A DNA stretch of 64,000 nucleotides from an uncultured Chloroflexia bacterium (lineage in GTDB: Bacteria > Chloroflexota > Anaerolineae > JAAYZQ01). The stretch lies in the NCBI GenBank assembly GCA_963700285.1, contig CAVOXA010000010.1:1280001-1344000 (forward strand), in the 5' to 3' direction. How positions within the stretch are numbered: position 1 is the stretch's first letter; the number at the start of each line of letters is the position of its first letter. Under the pieces are notes generated by a model. It ran no database searches. It was not told the DNA's origin and was given only the letters and a program-made list of their open reading frames with translations. Below are positions 45,852-54,697 of the stretch, one piece after another. Position numbers and translations under genes: made by a program.

Positions 45852-46997
45852 ATGAATCGCAAAGAGACCGAGGGCAAAGGGATCGCGACGCGCTGCATCC
45901 ATACCGGCGTTCCGGACGGTGGTTTGTGGGCGCCCGTCAAGACCCCACTCATCATGTCCAACAGCTATGACCTGGGAGGGCTGGCGGTTGCCGACCTGCC
46001 CGCCGAGGCTTTTGTTTACACGCGCAACGGCACGCCCAACGCCCGTTACCTGGAGGAAAAGCTGGCCGACCTGGAGGGGGCCGAGGACTGTGTTCTCACC
46101 GCCAGCGGCGTCGCCGCCATCTCTGGCTCCTTTCTGACGCTGCTGAACACGGGCGACCACATCATCTCCTCCGACGTGGTCTATATCGCCATCCACGACC
46201 TGCTGGTTGAGCATTGCCCCCAGCGTTTGGGCATCCAGACCAGCCTCGTCGATACCTCGGACCTGGCCGCGGTAAAAGCGGCGCTGACGCCCCAGACCAA
46301 GATCATCCACGTCGAAACGCCCGGCAACCCGACCACGCGCATCAGCGACATTGCCGCCCTGGCCGAGATCGCCCGGGAAGCCGGCGCCCTGCTCACGGTG
46401 GACAGCACCTGGTCGGGGTTGCTCAGCCAACAGCCGCTGGAACTGGGCGCCGACCTGGTCTTTCACAGTCTGTCCAAGTACGTCAACGGCCAGGGGGACG
46501 CCGTGGCCGGCGCCGTCCTGGGCAGCCAGGACCTTGTCGACCGGATACGCCAGTTTGCCGTGGTGACGCTGGGTGCTTGCATCAGCCCCTTCAACGCCTG
46601 GCAGATCATGCGCGGCTCAGAGACGCTGCCCCTGCGCCTGGAGCGCCATTCGGCCAATGCCCTGGCCGTGGCCGAGTTCCTCGAAGCCCACCCCAAGGTG
46701 GCCTGGGTGCGCTACCCCGGCCTGCCGAGCCATCCCCAGCACGAGACCGCCAGGGTGCAGATGAGCTACTACTCCGGGATGCTCAACTTTGACATCGTGG
46801 GCGACGCCAGCCAGCGCCTCGAGGTGATCCGCCGGCTCAAGTTCTTTCGCCACGCCACCTGCCTGGGCCACGACGAGAGCCTCATCGCCCTCTATCCATG
46901 GGAAGATCCGAGCTTCTACCGGGTCAGTGTCGGTCTGGAGGATGTCCAGGACCTCATCGACGATCTGGACCAGGCCCTGGCCGTAGTCGAGGTATAA
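45852..46997 (+). CDS. Trans-sulfuration PLP enzyme (cystathionine gamma-synthase/methionine gamma-lyase family)
   Basis: YTRNGTP, SGVAAI, ETPGNP, VDSTW, HSLSKY, SVGLED. Confidence 0.92.
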   Translation: MNRKETEGKGIATRCIHTGVPDGGLWAPVKTPLIMSNSYDLGGLAVADLPAEAFVYTRNGTPNARYLEEKLADLEGAEDCVLTASGVAAISGSFLTLLNTGDHIISSDVVYIAIHDLLVEHCPQRLGIQTSLVDTSDLAAVKAALTPQTKIIHVETPGNPTTRISDIAALAEIAREAGALLTVDSTWSGLLSQQPLELGADLVFHSLSKYVNGQGDAVAGAVLGSQDLVDRIRQFAVVTLGACISPFNAWQIMRGSETLPLRLERHSANALAVAEFLEAHPKVAWVRYPGLPSHPQHETARVQMSYYSGMLNFDIVGDASQRLEVIRRLKFFRHATCLGHDESLIALYPWEDPSFYRVSVGLEDVQDLIDDLDQALAVVEV

Positions 46998-46999
46998 GA

Positions 47000-47034
47000 C
47001 AACCTCCCGCAGGCTTCAAGCCTGCGGGAGGTTG
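47000..47034. repeat. Perfect 17-bp inverted repeat (REP-like hairpin)
   Basis: caacctcccgcaggctt-c-aagcctgcgggaggttg. Confidence 0.75.
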
Positions 47035-47059
47035 CCCAGTATTCACACAAGGAGGAAAC

Positions 47060-48495
47060 ATGATCGAGACCCAAGGTTTGAGACAGACGAGCGCCCACTA
47101 CTCTCGGCTGGGCGCCCAAGAGTGCGAAAAGATCCACCGGGCCAGCATCGAGATCCTCGAGCATGTCGGCGTGGAGGTCCACGACGAGAAGGCGCTGGAC
47201 CTGCTGGTCAAAGGTGGGGCCCAGGCCGACGGCATCGTCGTCCGCATCCCGGAGCTGATGGTCCTCAAGGCCCTGGCCGTCACGCCCAAGGGCACGACCC
47301 TGTTCGACCAGAATGGCAAAGTCGCGATTCGAGCCCAGGGCCACAACAGCTACTATGGCGGCGGCTCCGACTGCCTCTACGTCCTGGACCACCGGACGAA
47401 CCAGCGGCGTCTGGCCGTGCTCCAGGACGTGGTCGACGCCCAGATCGTGCAGGACGCCCTGCCTGAGGTCAGCTTTGTGATGTCGGCCTTTCTGCCCTCC
47501 GACGTCGACTCCCGCATCTATGACCGCTACCAGATGGAGGCCATGCTCAACCACACCACCAAACCCATCGTCTTTGTCTCGCCCGACTTTGAAGGCTGCG
47601 AGCTGGCCATCGAGATGGCCGAGATCGTCGCCGGCGGCGCCGAGGCCTTCCAACGCCGTCCCTTTGCCACCTGCTACATCAATGTCACCGACGGTCTGCG
47701 TCGCCAACCAGGAGGCCCTGCAAAAGTGCATGTTCCTGGCCGGCAAGGGCCTGCCCCAATTGTACATCCCCCTGGGCGATGGGCCCCACAGCATCGCCGG
47801 CAACACGGCCTACCAGTGGACCGGGGTGCTGCTGGGCATCGTCCTGGCCCAGCTGGTGCGCGAAGGCTCGCCGGTCGTCGTCCCCGGCTGGGGCGGCGGG
47901 CTCAAGAACATGAAGACCATGGCCAGCTCCTACGGCCAGGCCGATCGCCAGGGCATCGCCCTGGCCATGGGCCATTACTACGGCCTGCCCACCTTTGGCA
48001 TGGCCGGCTGCACCGACTCCAAGGTGCTCGATGCCCAGGCGGGGGCCGAGATCGCCCTCAGCCTGGTGCTGCAGACCCTCGAAGGCGGCCACATCATCCA
48101 CGACCTGGGCTTCATGGACTCGGGCATGCAGGGTTCGCTGGCCCTGATGGCCATCTGCAACGACTGGATCCAGTGGATCCGCCACGCCACCGGCGGCGTC
48201 GACGTCAGCCACGGAGGGCATGGCCCTGGACGTGATCCACGAGCTGGGGCCCAGCGGCGACTACATATCCCACCCACACACCCTGGCTCACTGCCGCGAC
48301 GGCTGCTACCCCACGCTGGTCGACATGGGCAACTATTCACGTTGGGAAGCGCAGGGCTCGTTGGACATGACCCAGCGGGCGGCCAAGATGGTGGACCGCA
48401 TCCTCGAGAAGCACGAGGTCGAGCCGCTGCCGCCCGACGTCCAGCGTGACGTCCACGCCGTAGTCGAGCGCGAAGCCAGCCGCGTCGGCGCCTAA
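47060..48495 (+). CDS. MttB-superfamily (trimethylamine methyltransferase-like) corrinoid methyltransferase, frameshifted
   Basis: IHRASIEILEHVGV, TTKP, GLPTFGMAGCTDSKVLDAQAG, HDLGFMDSG, ALDVIHELGP.G.YI..HT. Confidence 0.85.
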
Positions 48496-48613
48496 GCCGA
48501 AAGAGGATTCACCGCAGAGGCACAGAGAACGCAGAGTCAAAACCTTCTTTTGGTTTTTTCTATGTGTTCTCCGCGCCTCTGCGGCAAGATCCTGGCTCCA
48601 GGACGGACTGATC

Positions 48614-49353
48614 ATGCGAATCCATGGAAACCGGGGCCTGGGCATTATCATCGTCGACGACGTCTATCCCGGCTTCCCCGGCGACGTGCGCAACGCCAGC
48701 GCCTATCCCTTTCCCATCCAGTACGAGATCGCCCAGGGCGTGGACCTGGTCAAGCTGGTCGTGGACGAGGACAAGTCGCCCTGCCTGGGACCGGTGCTGC
48801 GCGCGGCGCGAGAAACTGGAATCCATGGGCTGCCGGGCCATCGCCGCCGAGTGCGGCTATTTCGCCTACTTTCAGCAAGAGGTCGCCGCCCACGTCAACG
48901 TGCCCGGTGTTCATGTCCAGCCTGTTGCAGGTGCCCTGGGCCCAGCAGCTCATCGGGCCCGACAAGGTCGTGGGCATCCTGGCCGCCTCCTCGCCCTTTC
49001 TGACTGAGGCTCACCTGGCAGCGGTCGGCGTCCAGGTCGGCAGCAATTACGTCGTCGCCGGGGCGATGGACGGCGGCCGCTGCCCGGAATTCGAGAACCT
49101 GTGGATCTCGGACCTGCGCCCCGACCCGCCGCGGGCTGACTATGAGACGGCCGAGCGGGATTTCGTGGCCGTGGGCGTCGACTTTTTCCGGGAGCAGCCC
49201 AACATGGGGGCCATGGTCCTGGAATGCACCGGCTTTCCGCCCTTTGCCCGCGCCCTGCAGCGCGAGATCGATATCCCCCTCTTTAGCTGGGGGACCCTGC
49301 TGGACTATGCCTACTCGGTCGCGGTCCACCGCGACTACTATGGGCATGTCTAG
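48614..49353 (+). CDS. Asp/Glu/hydantoin racemase-superfamily protein, frameshifted
   Basis: PGDVRNASAYPFP, AECGYF, PVFMSSL, VLECTGFPP. Confidence 0.78.
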
Positions 49354-49433
49354 TCGTGGTGGTTGCACCGCAGAGGCGCAGAGAACACAGAGAAAACCAA
49401 AACTGATACACAACAACGAATTTAGAATCAAAC

Positions 49434-49751
49434 GAATTCGAATGGGACGAGCAGAAGGCTCGGGTCAACCTCATGCGCGCCGAGTACGATTTTCGCGGCG
49501 GTGTTCGTGGCAAACACCACGAGACCTACCGCCAGGGCCACGCCGTCAAGATCCAGACAGAGGACGGAACCGTTGATGTCCGCTGTTACACCCTCGAAGA
49601 CGGCGCGGTCCTATTGGAACCCGAGGTCCGCCAGTATTTCCCCGACTCTGAATCTGTGAACAAGGCTCTCCGCGCGCTAATCGACCTCGTGCCCGCCAAG
49701 CGCAAGGCCGTTGCCGAATCCCAGGATGATTATGAGATAAGCCAGGAATGA
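49434..49751 (+). pseudogene. BrnA-like antitoxin (49473..49751) preceded in frame by a BrnT N-terminal remnant
   Basis: EFEWDEQKARVNL (BrnT start motif) runs directly into MRAEYDFRGGVRGK...VLLEPEVRQYFPDSESVNKALRALI. Confidence 0.65.
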
Positions 49752-50235
49752 GCTAACCCCTCGCCCCGAAAAGCCGCAAGGCCTGTCGCGGGCGTCCCCC
49801 TTGACGCCATGTCACTGCCCTGCCACTGATCCTCCAACGCTCGAGCCATGCCCGCGCTGAATCCCTTGGCAAGCTCGGGAGGGGCCTCAGTCGAATCGTC
49901 CGCGACGTGGCGATATCGACACGCTCCAAGCAGCTATCGTCGTTCAGCTACAATTCCGGCCCGTGCACGCTTTGGACTCGAAAGCGACCAGATCTGCGGG
50001 TCCGTGCCTCGTCATACCCCCTGGGCTCGCCTCCATGCTTTGCGGATCCACCCCAGCAATGGTATAATAACTACCGGGTGAGTCTGTTGAATGTTGACCT
50101 TCCACCCTCACGGGGACAGCGCCGATGGCAAAGGACACGAAAGCTCACCTGGACGGTTCCGGAGCCATTGCCCAGGACCACAGCCCCTCTGGTTGCCGTC
50201 CGCAGCGTGTGCCGCGCACAAGGAGTACAAAGGCC

Positions 50236-50727
50236 ATGAGAGACGACTTTAACAAGCAAACCATAGAAACCCTGGCGGACAGAGCCGGCAACCGTTGCTC
50301 TAACCCAGAGTGCCGCCAGCCTACCAGCGGCCCGCGCAGCGAGTCGACCAAGACGGTCAACATCGGCGTCGCCGCCCACATCACGGCCGCTTCAGAGGGT
50401 GGCCCTCGCTACGACCCCACGCTCACCCCCGAGCAGCGCCGACACCCCGACAACGGCCTCTGGCTCTGCCAGAACTGCGCCAAGCTGGTGGACAACGACG
50501 CCCTGGCATATCCGGTGGACCTGCTGCAGGTATGGAAGCGCCAGGCCGAAGATACGGCCCGGCAGGAGCTCCAGCGGCGCGGGGCGCCCAAAGACCAGCC
50601 CGGCGCCTCTTCCCGGGTCGTTCACACCGGCAGCGGAGGACTGGCCCAGGACGGCAGCGTGGCCGCCGGCAAGGGTGGCGTCGCCGTAGACGGAGACGTG
50701 CACGGCGATATCCGCATCGGTGGGTGA
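50236..50727 (+). CDS. HNH-type endonuclease with C-terminal Gly-rich motif (frame open from 50125)
   Basis: RAGNRCSNPEC, AAHITAASEGGPRYD, NGLWLCQNCAKLVD; tail GSGGLAQDGSVAAGKGGVAVDGDVHGDI. Confidence 0.78.
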   Translation: MRDDFNKQTIETLADRAGNRCSNPECRQPTSGPRSESTKTVNIGVAAHITAASEGGPRYDPTLTPEQRRHPDNGLWLCQNCAKLVDNDALAYPVDLLQVWKRQAEDTARQELQRRGAPKDQPGASSRVVHTGSGGLAQDGSVAAGKGGVAVDGDVHGDIRIGG

Positions 50728-50742
50728 GGAAGGCAGCAGACC

Positions 50743-53549
50743 ATGACGGACGACCTCGCCAGACGCTTGGCCCAACTTCGAGACGCCTACGAGAGCGGGA
50801 TTCTGGACGACGACACCTACCAGGCGACCATGGCTGCCCTTAGTGCGGAGCCTGACGGGACAGCGATACTGGTTGGCTCTGGGGCCGTCGCCCAAAAGGA
50901 CAGCGTCGCGGCTGGTGCCGGCGGCGTGGCCGTAGGCCAAGACGTGGAAGGTCACATCATCTATGCCGAGCAGGGTGCGACCGTCGTCATCGGCGAGGCG
51001 CCCGGTAAAAATGACCGCCGTGGACCGCGAGTCGGCTCTGGGCCGCTACCTGCACCACGTCATCAGCCGCAACCGCTACTTGCAGTTCCAGGGCATCCGC
51101 TCCGGCGGGCGGCTGGTCCACATCGAGCTGGACCGCATCTACGTCACCCTGCGGGCCACCCGGCAGCGAGTGGTCGCAGGTGGAGGATGACTGGCTGGCT
51201 CACGAGGCGGCCCTGGCGCCCGGCGAGTGCCGCCGCTTGCGCAGGGCACGGCCGTCATGGCCTCCACCGAGACCGTGACCGTCAGCGTCAACGAGGCCCT
51301 GGCCGAGCACTCCCGCCTGGTCGTGCTGGGCGACCCTGGCAGCGGCAAGACGACGCTGCTGCGCTACCTGGCCTTGCTCTATGCCCGCGACCTGGCCGAG
51401 GGTTCGACATCTGGTCCGGGACAAGCTGGGGCTGGACGAGAGCGGCCGACTGCCCATTCTGCTGCCCCTGCGCCAGATCGGCGCCTATCTGCAGGCCCAC
51501 CGTGCTGTCGAGGACGGCACCGAGGGCCACGTCCTGCTGCTCGACTTTCTGTTGCGTACGTTGGCAAATGAGCGCATCACGCTTGCCGGCCGACTTTTTC
51601 GACGAGTGGCTGGCCAGGAGGCAAGGCTGTTATCCTGCTGGACGGGCTGGACGAGGTGGCCGATCCCAACCTGCGGCGGCGGGTCTCCGCCTGGTGGAGG
51701 CCTTCACCCGCGCCTATCCTGACTGCCGCTACGTCGTCACCAGCCGCATCGTGGGCTACACCGGCCCGGCCCGCCTGGGCTGAAGGCTACGCCACGACCA
51801 CCGTGCGCGATTTTACGCATGGCCGACGTAGAGCGCTTCCTGGCCAACTGGCACCGCCTGGTGGCCGTGGGCCAGATGGGACCGGGCGACAGCGCCGAAG
51901 CCTACGCCGCCGAGCAGACCCGACCAATTGCTGCGGGCCATTCGGGCCAACGAGCGCATCCGCGAGCTGGCCATCAATCCCCTGATGCTGACCGTCATCG
52001 CCATGGTCCACCGCGACCGGGTCAAGCTGCCCGACCGCCGGGCCGAGCTCTACGCCGAGGCGGTGGATGTGCTGCTGGGCAAGTGGGAGGAGGCCAAGGG
52101 CGTGCAGGAGGTGCCCATCCTGCGAGGGCCAACCCTTTGACACCGGCGACCGGCGGCTGATGCTGCAAAGCGTGGCCCTGCGCATGCACGAGGCGGAGCA
52201 GAAGGAGGTGGCGTCGGCGACCTGCGCCGCTGGCTGGGCGAGATGTTCCACGAGATCGTGGGCGACTGGCGAGCTGCGGAGCGGGCGGTCAACCGCTTCC
52301 TGCATGTCATCGAGGAACGGACCGGTCTGCTGGTGGCCCGTGGCGAGGGGGTCTATGCCTTCTCGCACCTGACCTTCCAGGAGTACCTGGCCGCCCTGGC
52401 CGTGGCCGCGCGGGACGACTACGTGGCCTACACCCTGACCCGCGTCGCCCGATCCCTGGTGGCGAGAGGTGATCCTGCTGGAAGCCGGCTATCTGAGCTA
52501 TGCAGAGCAAGGAGCGCACCACGCGCTTGATCCGGGCCATCGCCGAACTGGAAGAGGAGCCGGAGCCCTTCACAACCTGGTGCTGGCCGCCGAGTGCCTG
52601 CGCGACGTGGGCGTCGAACCGGGTGGAAGGAAGCCTTTGGAGACAGAGGTGCAACAACGGTTGCGGTCCGAGCTGGAGCGCGGTTCGCCCATCGTAGTTT
52701 CGGCGCGTCTCTGGCAGGTTCAGCCACGCGTTGCCTGGGTTCTGACGAGCGTGGCATCTGGCGGCCGATGGCCGCTGAGCCGCATTGAGCAGTGGCCGAT
52801 TCGGCGTCCGATCGCCGTTTTGGACGAGCCCTACGGCGAGCCGGAGTGGGTTGAGATTCCGGCCGGAGAGTTTTGGATGGGAGAGGAGAGAGACGATTCA
52901 CCGTGTTAACCTTGAGACTTTTCGCATCTCCCGCGTGCCCATCACCAACGCCCAGTACCGACTTTTTTGTGGAGGCAATGGGTCACGAATCACCATACCA
53001 TTGGGAGGAAGGCCGCCCGCCCAAAGGGTCGGAGAGCCATCCGGTGGTCAACGTCACCTGGCACGATGCCCTGGCCTATGCCGCTGGCTGAGCGAGGCGA
53101 CTGGCAAGCAATACTACCCTGCCCTCGGAGGCAGAATGGGAAAAGGCGGCGCGGGGGGACGCGGACAAACGGGTATTCCCCTGGGGCGATGCCTTCGAAA
53201 CGACTCGCTGTAACTGTAGGGAACTAGGATTGGGCAATACCACGCCGGTGGGCATCTTTCCCGAGGGGGCCAGTCCCTACGGTGTTTTGGACTTGAGCGG
53301 CAACGTCTGGGAGTGGACGCGGAGCTTATGGGGGTGACCGAGTACTCGGTTCATACCCGTATGATCCAGAGGGATGGGCGTGAGAACCTGCAGGCCGGAG
53401 ATGACGTCCTCCGGGTGGTGCGTGGCGGGTCGTTCGTCAGTGATCAGAGGGGCGTCCGCTGCGCCTACCGCTTCAGGCACGGCCCGGTCAACAGGCGCAA
53501 CTATGTCGGGTTTCGGGTGGTGGTGGCCCCCGTTACCTCTGGTCTCTGA
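50743..53549 (+). CDS. NACHT NTPase - FGE-sulfatase/C-type-lectin-fold protein 1 (SHOCT-like N-terminus); many frameshifts, possibly a pseudogene
   Basis: [37 protein letters not shown]; [61 protein letters not shown]. Confidence 0.82.
53409..53549 (+). other. DGR-like variable region VR1
   Basis: Colinear with 57707..57847; 18 mismatches in 13 codons, all at codon positions 1 and 2. Confidence 0.85.
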
Positions 53550-53588
53550 CCCTCCGATCTCTGGATCTCTGATCCGCTGTCCTCTGAA

Positions 53589-53607
53589 ATCGCGCCGAAG
53601 GCGCGAT
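53589..53607 (+). promoter_or_regulatory. DGR-type target hairpin downstream of VR1
   Basis: ATCGCGCC-GAA-GGCGCGAT, within a 63-bp post-stop segment identical to the one after VR2. Confidence 0.75.
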
Positions 53608-53624
53608 CGCCGTGGGCGAAATTC

Positions 53625-54055
53625 AGACCTGACAGGTCTCAGAGAGCCGGTTGGTAGACCAGCAGGCCTGCAAAAAGGAGAGCTGCTGGCCGGCGCAGGT
53701 TCTGCTCAAGACCTGTCAGGTCTGAGGGAGCTGGCTGGTAGAGTAGGGGTCCCGAAAAAGGAGAGCTGCTGGCCGGCGCAGGTTCTGCTCAAGACCTGTC
53801 AGGTCTGAGGGAGCTGGCTGGTAGAGTAGGGGTCCCGAAAAAGGAGAGCTGCTGGCCGGCGCAGGTTCTGCTCAAGACCTGTCAGGTCTGAGGGAGCTGG
53901 CTGGTAGAGTAGGGGTCCCGAAAAAGGAGAGCTGCTGGCCGGCGCAGGTTCTGCTCAAGACCTGTCAGGTCTGAGGGAGCTGGCTGGTAGAGTAGGGGTC
54001 CCGAAAAAGGAGATCTGCTGGTCGGCGCAGGCCCTGCTCAAGACCTGACAGGTCT
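53625..54055. repeat. Tandem array of five 83-84 bp units delimited by six AGACCTGWCAGGTCT palindromes
   Basis: Palindromes start at 53625, 53709, 53792, 53875, 53958 and 54041; the three middle units are identical. Confidence 0.92.
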
Positions 54056-54071
54056 GTGGAAGGACTCGAGA

Positions 54072-54665
54072 ATGGTTAAACCAGTGCCACTGCAATACGG
54101 CCAAACCTACCACATCTACAGCCGGGGCAACAACCGGGAAACGATCTTTGTCGAGGAGCGCAACTATCGGCACTTTCTGCGTCTCTACGCTCAGCACGTG
54201 CTGCCAATTGCCGACACTTACGCCTACTGCCTGCTGCCCAACCACTTTCACCTTCTCGTGTACATCAAGGAAATGGACCATCCATCAGCTCCAGATCCAA
54301 AGCGATCACCCAGCCAGTACTTCTCCAACCTCTTGAATGCCTATGCCCGCGCCTTCAACAGGGCCTACCGTCGCAGCGGATCCCTCTTCCAGCGCCCGTT
54401 TGGCCGGAAACTGGTGGCATCCGATGGCTACTTCACCTGGCTTATCGCTTACATCCACCAGAATCCCCAAATGCACGGCATTGTCGATGACTTTCGCGGC
54501 TGGGACTACTCTTCCTACCAGGCTCTGAAGTCGAGCCAGCCGACGCGCCTGAGGCGAGAAGAGGTTCAGGCCCTGTTTGGTGGTCCTCGCGCGTTTTCCA
54601 TCTTCCACGAGCAGCAGATCCCATTGGGCCGGGTAGCTCCTCTGGTAGCTGAGGATTTCGACTAG
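54072..54665 (+). mobile_element. REP-associated tyrosine transposase (RAYT / Y1 HUH, IS200-like)
   Basis: YHIYSRGNN, AYCLLPNHFHLL (HUH), GSLFQRPF, YIHQNP, YSSY; palindromes on both sides (54041, 54670). Confidence 0.88.
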
Positions 54666-54697
54666 CCCCAGACCTGACAGGTCTTTGGAGGTGAACC

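Noticed and set aside
1014-49353. Programmed frameshifting or mass pseudogenisation
   Set aside because: Single-base indels scattered through many unrelated genes, often near homopolymers, fit long-read consensus error better.
53625-54055. CRISPR array (palindromic repeat + spacer)
   Set aside because: Intervening sequences are identical copies, and the adjacent gene is a RAYT, not cas.
54072-54665. IS200/IS605 element with TnpB
   Set aside because: No tnpB ORF; flanks are multi-copy palindromes typical of RAYT loci.
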